This document shows, one piece after another, positions 20,082 to 29,731 of a stretch of 64,000 nt of DNA. The translations under genes and the position numbers were made by a program. The stretch is from assembly GCA_963740315.1 (NCBI GenBank), contig CAVUDP010000002.1:1280001-1344000 (forward strand), read 5' to 3'. The notes below the pieces were generated by a model, which saw nothing but the letters and a program-made list of their open reading frames with translations, made no database searches and was not told where the DNA came from. Source of the DNA: an uncultured cyanobacterium. GTDB lineage: Bacteria > Cyanobacteriota > Cyanobacteriia > Cyanobacteriales > Nostocaceae. Within the stretch, counting starts at the first letter, position 1. Every line of letters starts with the position of its first letter.

Positions 20082-23015
20082 TTAAAAATAAATTTTACCA
20101 GTAATAATAAAACCAGCCCAGTAATAAGGATGGGCATAAGGAGGAATTTGTGTATTTATTTTAGCGAAGTCATCTTCGATGATAGCGGCTTCATCTAGCA
20201 AATCTTCCGCACAAATATTATCTTTTTCTGTAACTTCCTCAGCACGTTGTTTGTACCAATTTACAAGTTCGCTGTATGTTAAATTACTTAACCATTTCTG
20301 GATACGTCTAAGTGCAACTGCTGGAGCAATATTCCAATCAGGTTGACGGTAAAATTCAATCATAAATAAAGCACTGGATACCGATTCGACTGTCCAGAGG
20401 GTACTAAGAACATTGGTTACACCTTGGCATAGAAAAGCACTCACTAATCCCACATACTCATTATCGATGGTTTGATTACCTGTAATCGCAGTTTCGCAAG
20501 CTGAAAGGCTAACTAGATGGTAGCTATCTAGCGATAATTCGCTTATGTTTTCTAGAGTTAATCTGTCTTTACCGCTTAGTGCAAGACAAGATAGCTTTGG
20601 TCGTTGGTAATTGTAGGTTGCGTGTCCTGTAAAGTGAAATACTTGGTAGCTATTTGCTAGAGCTGTTTTGATATTTTTTTGGATTGCTGTGCTTCCAGCT
20701 ATTCGCTGCGAACTTGCGAACATTGCACAAATGATCGCGGATTCGATTTCTGCGTGACGTAATTCTTCAAATGGCTTACCATCTGAATCTTTGCTATCGG
20801 GTGATTCTATACTTAAGATGCTGCTTGAGGAAATAGGCTGTTTTTGCTGTAAATTTATCCCAATTTGAGCGCTAGGTAGATAATTGATGGTGAAATTATC
20901 TGGAAAAAGTCCATGAAGGGGGAAGCGGTGTAAATCGCGATGGGGAATTAAAATCAGATTTTGGATCTGAGAATTAGAATTTTGGATTGATTCGGTAATA
21001 TGGGGAATGTTGAGAATTTCCTTGAGTTGTTCGAGTAATTGTGGTAAATTATCGCGCCAATCTGAATTTGATACCTGGTTGTTTTTTCTTCGATAATCCT
21101 CGTATTGTGTATCCCAATTTTTTATCCAAGCTTCTAATTTATCCGGCTTTTGTGTGGGGATAACGATGGGTTTATCTGCACCGGGTTGAATAATAAATGT
21201 GGTGAGAGCAAAGGGGCTAAGATGCCAGTATATTATTGCCGTATTTGGGTTGACTAACTCTTGAATTTCGCTGTAGCTGGGGCTAATAATATGTTCTTTT
21301 TGATTATCCAGTATCCAGGTGAGGTAGAAATTTTTGTTTCTCTCCGCAGCTTCTAAAGCAAGTGCAAAATCATCATCTTCGATTAATACATCTACCCGCA
21401 TTTGTGAGAAACTATAATATTCCGCTTGTAATTTGCGCTTTTGCAAAGAAGATTTATCGGGAGAGTTTAATAAATTTCTGAATACTTCTAATGCTTGTCT
21501 TCGCCATTGTTTTGCTTCGTCGTCTTTGCTTAAGCCAAATAACACGCGAATTAAGTCTTTTAATACTTTTAAATGTAATTCGGGGAAAGCTTCTTTTGTT
21601 AGGGTAATTAAGGCTTGTTTATATTCAGCTTCTGCTTGCAGCCAATATTGACGGTAATCTCGTTCTCCTACTCCTTGATAATAGTGAGCTTCACCTGTTG
21701 CTTGATGCAATATTCCCCAACCTTCTGAGTGGGTATTTTGTTGGCAATATTTCAAGCCTTCCTGATAGCTTGCTAATCTTCCTTGATAACCACGCTGGTT
21801 CAAGGCTGGGTTTTGTATGGTAAAAGAGTTAGGAAGAGCAAAGAATTGATTAAAACTAATGGAATCTCCGGCTGCAACACCCCGGTTGTTCCAAGCTTCG
21901 TGGATGTCAGGTTTAATTTCAACTGCTTTGTCGTAGGATGCGATCGCCTCTTCAAACCTTTCCAATTTACCCAGCGCAACACCCCGGTTGTTCCAAGCTT
22001 TGTAGTCGTCAGGTTTAAATTCAACTGCTTTGTCAAAAGATGCGATCGCTTGTTCAAACCTTTTCAAATTACCCAGCGCAACACCCCGGTTTAACCAAGC
22101 ATCGTGGTAATCAGGTTTAATTTCAACAGCTTTGTCAAAAGATGCAATGGCTTGTTCAAACCTTTCCAAATTACGCAGCGCAACACCCCGGTTGTACCAA
22201 GCTTTGTAGTCGTCAGGTTTTAATTTAATTACTTCATTGAAGGATTCAATTGCTTGTTGAAAACGTCCTAAATAATCACATAAAACAATACCCCGGTTGT
22301 TCCAAGCTTCGTCGTAGTCAGGTTTAATTTCAATTGCTTTGTCATAATATGCGATCGCTTCGTCGAATCTTGCCAAGTTAAACAGCGTAAAACCCCGATA
22401 AAACCAAGCTTGATGTTCGTTAGGTTTAATTTCAATTACTTTGTCATAAGATGCGATTGCTTCGTCGAACCTTGCCAATTTACCCAGCGCATTACCCCGG
22501 ATGTACCAAACATCGTGGTAGTCAGGTTTAAATTCAACAGCTTTGTCAAAAGATGCGATGCTACCTTCAAAATCCCTATTATCAAACTGCTCAACACCTC
22601 TTTCAAACCAAACTTCCGCTTCTGTCTTTTCTTCTCCTTCTCCCTTCTCCAACAATTCCCTCCCAATCTCACCAGCTACCTCACTCAACTCCCCAAAACC
22701 AACCTTACTCAACAGCACCATCCGCTCTGCTAACTCACGATTTTCCCCATCCCCAGCCAACAACCTCTCACCAAAACGCCGTAACCATCCGACAAAATCA
22801 TCCTTAACGATATTTCTCCAATCTAAAAAAGCTTTCACACTGCCGCGACTCCACCCTTCATCATTCACTCCATCCAACAACTGAAGAAATAATGATTCAC
22901 ATTCCGCATCCGTCAACAACTCGCGTGGTTTTACGCTAATATCCGGTTTGGGAGGATTTCTACCAAATAAGCGCTGCCAAAAATTCTTAAACCACCGCCA
23001 AAGCCGCTTAATCAT
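20082..23015 (-). CDS. TPR-repeat + CHAT (caspase-like) protease
   Basis: About 7 similar 34-aa TPRs; LILIPH..LHRFPLH, catalytic His FHFTGHA, catalytic Cys LSACET, HPYYWAGF. Confidence 0.92.
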   Translation of the reverse strand: MIKRLWRWFKNFWQRLFGRNPPKPDISVKPRELLTDAECESLFLQLLDGVNDEGWSRGSVKAFLDWRNIVKDDFVGWLRRFGERLLAGDGENRELAERMVLLSKVGFGELSEVAGEIGRELLEKGEGEEKTEAEVWFERGVEQFDNRDFEGSIASFDKAVEFKPDYHDVWYIRGNALGKLARFDEAIASYDKVIEIKPNEHQAWFYRGFTLFNLARFDEAIAYYDKAIEIKPDYDEAWNNRGIVLCDYLGRFQQAIESFNEVIKLKPDDYKAWYNRGVALRNLERFEQAIASFDKAVEIKPDYHDAWLNRGVALGNLKRFEQAIASFDKAVEFKPDDYKAWNNRGVALGKLERFEEAIASYDKAVEIKPDIHEAWNNRGVAAGDSISFNQFFALPNSFTIQNPALNQRGYQGRLASYQEGLKYCQQNTHSEGWGILHQATGEAHYYQGVGERDYRQYWLQAEAEYKQALITLTKEAFPELHLKVLKDLIRVLFGLSKDDEAKQWRRQALEVFRNLLNSPDKSSLQKRKLQAEYYSFSQMRVDVLIEDDDFALALEAAERNKNFYLTWILDNQKEHIISPSYSEIQELVNPNTAIIYWHLSPFALTTFIIQPGADKPIVIPTQKPDKLEAWIKNWDTQYEDYRRKNNQVSNSDWRDNLPQLLEQLKEILNIPHITESIQNSNSQIQNLILIPHRDLHRFPLHGLFPDNFTINYLPSAQIGINLQQKQPISSSSILSIESPDSKDSDGKPFEELRHAEIESAIICAMFASSQRIAGSTAIQKNIKTALANSYQVFHFTGHATYNYQRPKLSCLALSGKDRLTLENISELSLDSYHLVSLSACETAITGNQTIDNEYVGLVSAFLCQGVTNVLSTLWTVESVSSALFMIEFYRQPDWNIAPAVALRRIQKWLSNLTYSELVNWYKQRAEEVTEKDNICAEDLLDEAAIIEDDFAKINTQIPPYAHPYYWAGFIITGKIYF

Positions 23016-23371
23016 GATGCTGGGGTTTTTACCAGTGTGATTACTTAGATAGTAGCAAAATTAGTAAAGCAACAATGGTTATAGTTCGTATTTATTTATG
23101 AGTTCGAGGTCTATAAATATTACTATGTAAGCTTTTCAGTCTACTTTAGTAGACTTGAGCTATTAGCCTTGGAATTGATTCCAAGGTGTTTTTGAAAGCT
23201 AAACGAGTTAATATCAACCAAGACTTAAGATATTGTCACAAATGGTTGTTAGCGGAGCGTGACGCGGTAGCGTCATTGGTGCGTGATGCTACAAACCTTA
23301 TTGCTACGTTCAAATTAACGATAGGGCATCACACACCTTACAAGAAAAATGTGCCTGTTGCGTAAGTCGTA

Positions 23372-24016
23372 TCAACTTTTTAATTGCTCTCTCACCCAAT
23401 TCCTAAAAGCTTTGATCGCAGAATTTCGACCAGCTACTCTACTTTGTTCAAGATATTTTGGTAAAACTTCACTCAAAGGTAAATTAGGAAAGTTCTTACT
23501 TTGCTCAGATACAACATAAGACCCATTTTGCAGCAAATTTATCTGTAATTTACCTTTTTCAAATCGCCAAAGTTCCGGCACTTTCAACGCTGCATAAATA
23601 CTCGGATGAGTCCGAGAAGTAAGATCGATTTCTAAAGCTAAATCGGGTGGTGGATCTTGTGTCAAATCGAGTCGCTTTTTACCACGAATTTTACTCTCAT
23701 TTTGAATATAAAAACATTGATCTGGTTCTATTCCCTGAAGCATTACTTGATTTTTAAAAGTTGTAGAACCAAGACTAAGAAATTCAGTATCTAACTCTTC
23801 TAGAAGTACTTTTATTAAGTCACCAATAATTTCTTTATCAAATTCATGTTCTGGCAATGGTGCCATTATCTCTAATACTCCTCGGTCATAAGCAACACGT
23901 GCAGCGCGATGTTCTCCCAGTTCATCAAGAATTGTTTCAAATTCTTGCCAGGTGACATCACGCAACAACACACGTTGTCCTGGTGGAACATCAATACGTT
24001 TAATGCTTAAGAGCAT
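23372..24016 (-). CDS. Uma2 (DUF820) family endonuclease
   Basis: LEIMAP..EHE, IEPDQCFY, PPPDLALEID, VPELW. Confidence 0.9.
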   Translation of the reverse strand: MLLSIKRIDVPPGQRVLLRDVTWQEFETILDELGEHRAARVAYDRGVLEIMAPLPEHEFDKEIIGDLIKVLLEELDTEFLSLGSTTFKNQVMLQGIEPDQCFYIQNESKIRGKKRLDLTQDPPPDLALEIDLTSRTHPSIYAALKVPELWRFEKGKLQINLLQNGSYVVSEQSKNFPNLPLSEVLPKYLEQSRVAGRNSAIKAFRNWVREQLKS

Positions 24017-24159
24017 ATTACTACTCCGAGTCGTTGAGCGATTACTATTAGCTTAATAAGGTCAAAGGTCTGCATGTCAAAGGTCAATATTAAAAAACTC
24101 CTAACTGCATCCGTTGCCTAACTGCATCCGTTGCCTAACTGCATCCGTTGCCTAACTCC

Positions 24160-27030
24160 TCAATCCGGTCTTAAATCGTTCGATATCTCAATAATCCCCC
24201 TAGAACCATCAATGCGTACTCGCTGACCATCTTGCAATAACCAAGTAGCATTATGTACGTCCATGACTGCGGGAATTCCGTATTCGCGGGCGATAATTGC
24301 GCCGTGACTCAGCCTTCCGCCAGCTTCGGCTATTAATCCGCCAGCCCTTGCCAATAAAGCAACCCAGCCAGAATCGGTGTAAGGAACTACTAAAATTGTC
24401 TGCTTATCAATATCCGGCACTGCCTGTAAATTTCGCACCACTTTAACTCTCCCTTCAACTAACCCGTGACTGGCGGCGATTCCGGTTAGCATTCCATCGG
24501 GGACGAGTGAAGGACGAGAAAAGAAAATCGATAGGGGAGGTGCATTACCGTAAACTAACAGGGGCGCGGGATTGAGTTGGCTATCTTCTGCAAGTTGGGT
24601 TTTTCTAATTTTCACCAATTCCATTAAATGACTTATCAGTTGATAATCTGAATCCCTAATTATTTTTTGTATCTCTTCAATTTCTAGAAAAAAGATGTCT
24701 CCGGGTTCCTCAAGTAAACCGTTTTGCAACCAATTGCGTTCTAATGCGATAAAAGACCAACGTAACTGTGCTAATAATCGAGAATAAATTTCTGTAACTC
24801 GTCCTTTTAAATCTACCCGACGTTGTACGGCTCCCCCTCGCTTACGCTTCGAGGCTGGGGGTTGATTTCCTTGCATTAACTGCACAAATAACAGTTTTAC
24901 AGCTTCGGGTTCTTCTCGCCAAGTTGGAACTGCAATATCTGTACCGACATCACTTAAATAACCGTAACGGTTGAGTAATATTTCAAACCCTTCGAGAATT
25001 TTTTGTCCCGGCGTGGAAACTGCTAAATCCTCAAATAGCGTTTCTGAATCAAATTCGGGTAATATTAATTTTGCTGCTGCGGCTAATTCGCCAAGTTCTC
25101 GTAATGCTGCAACTTCGGGAGCCGCACTATTATCAATGTCACTATCTTTTGGTTTAAAAATTCCTTGTCTAATAGCAGCACTCAAGGGAGCCATAATACT
25201 ATAATATGTAGCGCTACGAAGCAGTTCTAAAATAAATTCAATTCGTTCTAACAGCTGATCTTGGTCGAGTTCGAGTAGCGATTGTTGCGTTAATTCACTC
25301 AAACCTGGTTGAAATCTTTTGCGGTAATCTCGCTTAAAATCTCTTGCTAAACTTAATTCTCTTGTCAGCAACCGCAGCAATCCGGGAAAATTTGACAAAG
25401 TAGAATCTAGAGGCGGTTTGCTCATCTTGGCTCCTCTAGTCAGAAATTCCAAACTTTCGGGAGGTAAACCCATGCGTCGAAAAATCTGTCCTAAAAGACT
25501 GGCGTTAAAATAAGCTCTGGAAAAATGAAGTGTCGCCGTTTGGTTGAAATCTAAGCCTAAAGCACGTTCGCCCAATACTAATGCAAAAATTCCTCCCCAA
25601 ACTCCGCAAGTTAAGGGACGATTAATTGACCAGGTTAAGGGGTGAATTATTCCCGGAATTACTTCGGCGGCAATTTTGCGCGTCCAAATCGGTAATAATG
25701 TTGTGATCGGACGAACTTGCAATATCCACAAAGTTTGACCGTCATAACTCCATTCGATATCTTGGGGAATGCCGTGATAGTGTTGTTCGATTTGACGAGC
25801 TAAGTATGCTACTTGTTTAATTAATACTGCGGGTATTTGTCCTTCACCTTCCAAATGTACGGAAGATAAATTCTCTGTTTTCACAACAAAAGCCCGATAT
25901 TGTTCCGGCGTGTATCTCCCAGAAACTACTTGAGCCGCACTTCCGGCTGCTGCTTCAATTACTACAGCATCGCTTTCTTGAGTAATTGGATCGCGACTAA
26001 AAGTAACTCCTGAAAATACCCCTTGGACTTGTTGTTGAATCAACACCGCCATTGCAGTTTCTTTTAAATTGCGATCGCGTCGATATTGAGTTGCGCCGGA
26101 ATGCTCGTAGGAAGCGCGAACTGTATTTATAGCTTGTAGTAAACCTTCTTTTGTTGTAACGTTCAAAACAGTTTCATACTGTCCGGCGGCGGAAGCTTCT
26201 TCTGTATCTTCTCCTAACGCCGAAGAACGTACTGCAAGGGGAGATAAATCTGATGGCTGAAGAAAATCTATCAGCGTTTGGGGTTCATCCATTGGAGTCA
26301 GTACCCAACCTTTAGGAACTGGATAACCAATGCGCTTCATTTCCGAGGATCTAGCTGCTTTATTCCCTACAATCGCAGCATCCAATTCATCATCTAAGGA
26401 AAGAATTTTTTGGTCGCCGCGTAACAATTGAAACATTGCTTGTGACTCTGGTTTAGCTTCAGTTGCTTTTAAATTTAAATCATCGGGAATCTGTTGGTAA
26501 ATCCAGCCAAGTAACCCTGCTAAGACAACCGCAGCCAAAATTTGCGGTATATCGTTAAAATGCAGTACAGCTACAATTAGGGGAAATAAAATCAACACCC
26601 CATACTTTGCTAATTCCTTGGAACGTAAAAGCAGAAAGCTGATGCTACCAACTAACAATACAAACGCCGCCGCCATCGGATCGTGTACTGCAAATCCCCA
26701 GACAACGTTTGTAGTTCCAGCCCCTTTACCCATCCAGAATCTACCTATAACCAAGGTAATTAAGGCAACTATTTCCCAGTAGGAACCATTACCGAAAAAA
26801 GCACGGGCAATTAAAACCGCACCAACTCCTTTAAGGGCTTCCGATAAAACAGCCAGAACTCCTACCAAAGTTCCACCGTGGTAGAAAGCAGCACTTACGC
26901 CAATATTACCAGTACCGATTTCCGCCAATCGTCGCTTTGCCAAAGCATTGGTTATCCACGAAATCACTGGCAATCCACCCAAAAGCGGACAGATAATAAA
27001 AATAACTAAAGCGCCCCAGAGTTCAAGCAT
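24160..27030 (-). CDS. PlsY-like membrane domain fused to ATP-grasp and C-terminal His-swivel domains (PEP synthase/rifampin phosphotransferase layout)
   Basis: GTGNIGVS and GKGAG (PlsY-like); AVRSSALGED, AGQYET, DIEWS; LSHGAIIAREYGIP phospho-His motif. Confidence 0.85.
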   Translation of the reverse strand: MLELWGALVIFIICPLLGGLPVISWITNALAKRRLAEIGTGNIGVSAAFYHGGTLVGVLAVLSEALKGVGAVLIARAFFGNGSYWEIVALITLVIGRFWMGKGAGTTNVVWGFAVHDPMAAAFVLLVGSISFLLLRSKELAKYGVLILFPLIVAVLHFNDIPQILAAVVLAGLLGWIYQQIPDDLNLKATEAKPESQAMFQLLRGDQKILSLDDELDAAIVGNKAARSSEMKRIGYPVPKGWVLTPMDEPQTLIDFLQPSDLSPLAVRSSALGEDTEEASAAGQYETVLNVTTKEGLLQAINTVRASYEHSGATQYRRDRNLKETAMAVLIQQQVQGVFSGVTFSRDPITQESDAVVIEAAAGSAAQVVSGRYTPEQYRAFVVKTENLSSVHLEGEGQIPAVLIKQVAYLARQIEQHYHGIPQDIEWSYDGQTLWILQVRPITTLLPIWTRKIAAEVIPGIIHPLTWSINRPLTCGVWGGIFALVLGERALGLDFNQTATLHFSRAYFNASLLGQIFRRMGLPPESLEFLTRGAKMSKPPLDSTLSNFPGLLRLLTRELSLARDFKRDYRKRFQPGLSELTQQSLLELDQDQLLERIEFILELLRSATYYSIMAPLSAAIRQGIFKPKDSDIDNSAAPEVAALRELGELAAAAKLILPEFDSETLFEDLAVSTPGQKILEGFEILLNRYGYLSDVGTDIAVPTWREEPEAVKLLFVQLMQGNQPPASKRKRGGAVQRRVDLKGRVTEIYSRLLAQLRWSFIALERNWLQNGLLEEPGDIFFLEIEEIQKIIRDSDYQLISHLMELVKIRKTQLAEDSQLNPAPLLVYGNAPPLSIFFSRPSLVPDGMLTGIAASHGLVEGRVKVVRNLQAVPDIDKQTILVVPYTDSGWVALLARAGGLIAEAGGRLSHGAIIAREYGIPAVMDVHNATWLLQDGQRVRIDGSRGIIEISNDLRPD

Positions 27031-27302
27031 ATAATTGATTTTTGATTTCCCTTAAATCTAAATCCAAAATCTCCTATTATTAGATTTTGATAATGATAAT
27101 GGACTAAGGGGCGATGATAATATAATCCGCACCCCTTAGAATCGTTAGCTAAGAATGAATTGTCACCGATCAACAAGAATTCATAATTATTTTCGCGTTC
27201 CCACTCAACATTTCCCTACAGCCTCGGTAAGTGAATATTGTCGAGCCGACTTAACACATCCCTAATACATTTACCGCCTTGATTTCTGGAGTTCCTCGTT
27301 TC

Positions 27303-27443
27303 CTAGTTTACCTCGTAAGCCACCTGCAAAGCCCAAAATATCAGTAATGCAATCGAACCCAAAACCAGAACGGTAGAAATAGTTACAGCTTTAGGAGTAT
27401 CCGCACCTTTAAACTTCATGATTCCTCGATTTAAGTCGGACAT
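27303..27443 (-). CDS. ndhQ: NDH-1L small subunit NdhQ
   Basis: 46 aa from ATG 27443: MSDLNRGIMKFKGAD plus one TM helix ending WALQVAY, matching the NdhQ pattern I recall (NRGIMKFxGAD...WWAL..AY). Confidence 0.8.
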   Translation of the reverse strand: MSDLNRGIMKFKGADTPKAVTISTVLVLGSIALLIFWALQVAYEVN

Positions 27444-27876
27444 AACAAATAATTTTCCTTTTTTGATTATGCGAACTATCCGCCTTGATTGTAGTTCGTT
27501 ACCTCCTAGATAAGCAGATACAACCAAAACATTCCGATAACAATTTGCTTAAGAAAAGTAAAGTAAGGTTAAAGGTCTGCATGTCAAAGGTCTGCATGTT
27601 AAAGGTCTGCATGTCAAAGGTCAAAGGTATAATAACTCCTTCTCCCCATCCCCCCATCTCCCCATCTCCCCATCCCCCCCCGCTCGCCGCACGCTCCGCG
27701 TGTTCAGCGCGGCACGACTCGTTAGAGTAACGGGTTCACCACTTCTCTCAACGGTCGTGTTCCTCCGCACGAGAGTGGATTCACCATCCCCCCATCCCCC
27801 CATCCCCCCATCTCCCCCTCTCTCGTCGTGTATATTGGTGTAATTTGTGCCATCACACGAAAAAAGGTATTAAACG

Positions 27877-28863
27877 GTGAGATTTATTTTACTAGTTATT
27901 GTTGCAGCGATTGTCGGATTATTTGTAGCTACAGAAATCGGATTGCGTTTGCTGTTTGGTTTTGGCAATCCTTTAACTTATGTTGGCGATGAAAAAATAG
28001 GTTATTTATTAGCTCCTTCTCAACGTACTCGCCGTTTTGGTAATCGTATAGAAATTAATCAGTATTCTATGCGAGGTGCAAATATTCAACAGACACCTTT
28101 ACCTTCAAGCTTGCGAATATTACTTTTAGGAGATTCTATAGCTAATGGTGGTTGGTGGACTGACCAAAAGAATACTATTTCTAGTTTAATGATGGATTCT
28201 TTGAATAAAAATGTATCTCCGAATATTCCGCAAGTGGAGGTATTAAACGCTTCAGCTAATTCCTGGGGACCGAGAAACGAACTAGCCTATTTACAACGGT
28301 TTGGCAGCTTCGGCGCGAAAGCTGTAGTATTACTAATTAATACCGATGACTTATTTTCCACCGCTCCCACTTCACTACCAGTCGGACGCGATCGCAATTA
28401 TCCCTCGCAAAAACCACCTCTAGCATTAGCCGAAATATTAAATCGCTACATCATCAACCAAAAACCGATACCGGGACTCAAAGAGCTACAAAATGAAAGT
28501 GGCGATCGCGTTGGTATTAACTTAAAAGCCATTAGTCAAGTTCAAGAATTTACTCGCGAAAACAATATGCAATTTTTACTCGCCATGACTCCCTTATTGC
28601 GAGAAATTGAGCAACCACCCCGCGATTACGAAATTAAAGCACGTCAACGCCTACAAGAGTTTACCAAAACCCAAGGTATCACCTACATCGATTTTCTACC
28701 TATATTCAACTCCTCCCAAAACCCAAAAGCTTTATATCACGACCACATCCATTTCAATTTACAAGGAAATCAGTTAATAAGTGAAGTAATTGAACAAATA
28801 CTATTTGAATTACTACAGCAAGATGCAAATAATAGCCCTAAAGTCGGATTAGCTCAGCCATAA
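27877..28863 (+). CDS. SGNH/GDSL hydrolase family protein
   Basis: N-terminal TM, LLGDS block I, DHIH block V. Confidence 0.85.
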   Translation: MRFILLVIVAAIVGLFVATEIGLRLLFGFGNPLTYVGDEKIGYLLAPSQRTRRFGNRIEINQYSMRGANIQQTPLPSSLRILLLGDSIANGGWWTDQKNTISSLMMDSLNKNVSPNIPQVEVLNASANSWGPRNELAYLQRFGSFGAKAVVLLINTDDLFSTAPTSLPVGRDRNYPSQKPPLALAEILNRYIINQKPIPGLKELQNESGDRVGINLKAISQVQEFTRENNMQFLLAMTPLLREIEQPPRDYEIKARQRLQEFTKTQGITYIDFLPIFNSSQNPKALYHDHIHFNLQGNQLISEVIEQILFELLQQDANNSPKVGLAQP

Positions 28864-28866
28864 TAC

Positions 28867-28913
28867 AATACTGATTTTGAGATACTAAGCTGCAATGTTT
28901 CAAAATCAGTATT
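28867..28913 (+). terminator. stem-loop after the SGNH gene
   Basis: AATACTGATTTTGA...TCAAAATCAGTATT 14-bp inverted repeat just after the stop. Confidence 0.5.
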
Positions 28914-29095
28914 ATTCAAAACTTTTAATAAGAATTAACAAGTTTTGAGTATTTTTACATAGTTACTTTAAGTAAACGTTCCATATCAATAAAACTTTAG
29001 CAAAATAAGCTTATCACGTAAAGAAAAACGTTACTGCCTATCTATACAGTTCGTTGATAAAATCATTGATTGCTAAAAGGAATAAGGTTAAAAAC

Positions 29096-29644
29096 ATGGA
29101 CGTTAATAAACTTTTAAACCAATACAGAGCCGGAGAAAAAGATTTTAGTGGAGCTAATCTCCATCAAGCTAATCTTCAAAATATTGACTTAAGCGGCATA
29201 AACTTATCTAGAGCCGATTTAAGCGGAGCCGATTTAAGTGGGACTAAATTAAGAGGATGCAATTTAAGTCAAGCAAATTTAACTGATGCAGATTTGAGTG
29301 GAGCCGATTTAAGCGATGCAAATCTAAGCGAGATAAATCTAATTGGTGCAGACCTAATTAATGCCAACCTAGAAAGAGCCAACTTACAAAAAGCAGATTT
29401 GCGGAGTGCAAATTTGGTAAATGCGAATATGGTTCGAGCTAATCTTGCAGAAGCAGAACTCAGTGGTGCTGACTTAACTAAAGCTAATCTCAATGATGCT
29501 AATTTAACTGATAGTAATATTAGTGAAGCTTTGAGCAGTGATGGGAATTTAGTCCAATCTAAGATTACAAATCAAGAAATAAATGAAAAACAAACCCACG
29601 TAGGTACATCCCACAGATGGGTAAGTTGGGCTGGTAGCCGATAA
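29096..29644 (+). CDS. pentapeptide repeat protein
   Basis: A(D/N)Lxx repeats; ATG 29096 (MDVNKLL...Y.AGEKDF) preferred over TTG 29054. Confidence 0.9.
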   Translation: MDVNKLLNQYRAGEKDFSGANLHQANLQNIDLSGINLSRADLSGADLSGTKLRGCNLSQANLTDADLSGADLSDANLSEINLIGADLINANLERANLQKADLRSANLVNANMVRANLAEAELSGADLTKANLNDANLTDSNISEALSSDGNLVQSKITNQEINEKQTHVGTSHRWVSWAGSR

Positions 29645-29652
29645 CATTTTTT

Positions 29653-29717
29653 GTAGAGACGTAGCACTGCTACGTCTCCCCATGCACTGCTACGTCTCCC
29701 CATGCACTGCTACGTCT
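29653..29717 (+). repeat. GTAGAGAC-type REP hairpin with 20-bp tandem amplification of its right arm
   Basis: GTAGAGACGTAGCACTGCTACGTCTC then two more CATGCACTGCTACGTCT units; related at 49563, 56362, 63573. Confidence 0.75.
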
Positions 29718-29731
29718 TCCTATATTTACCC

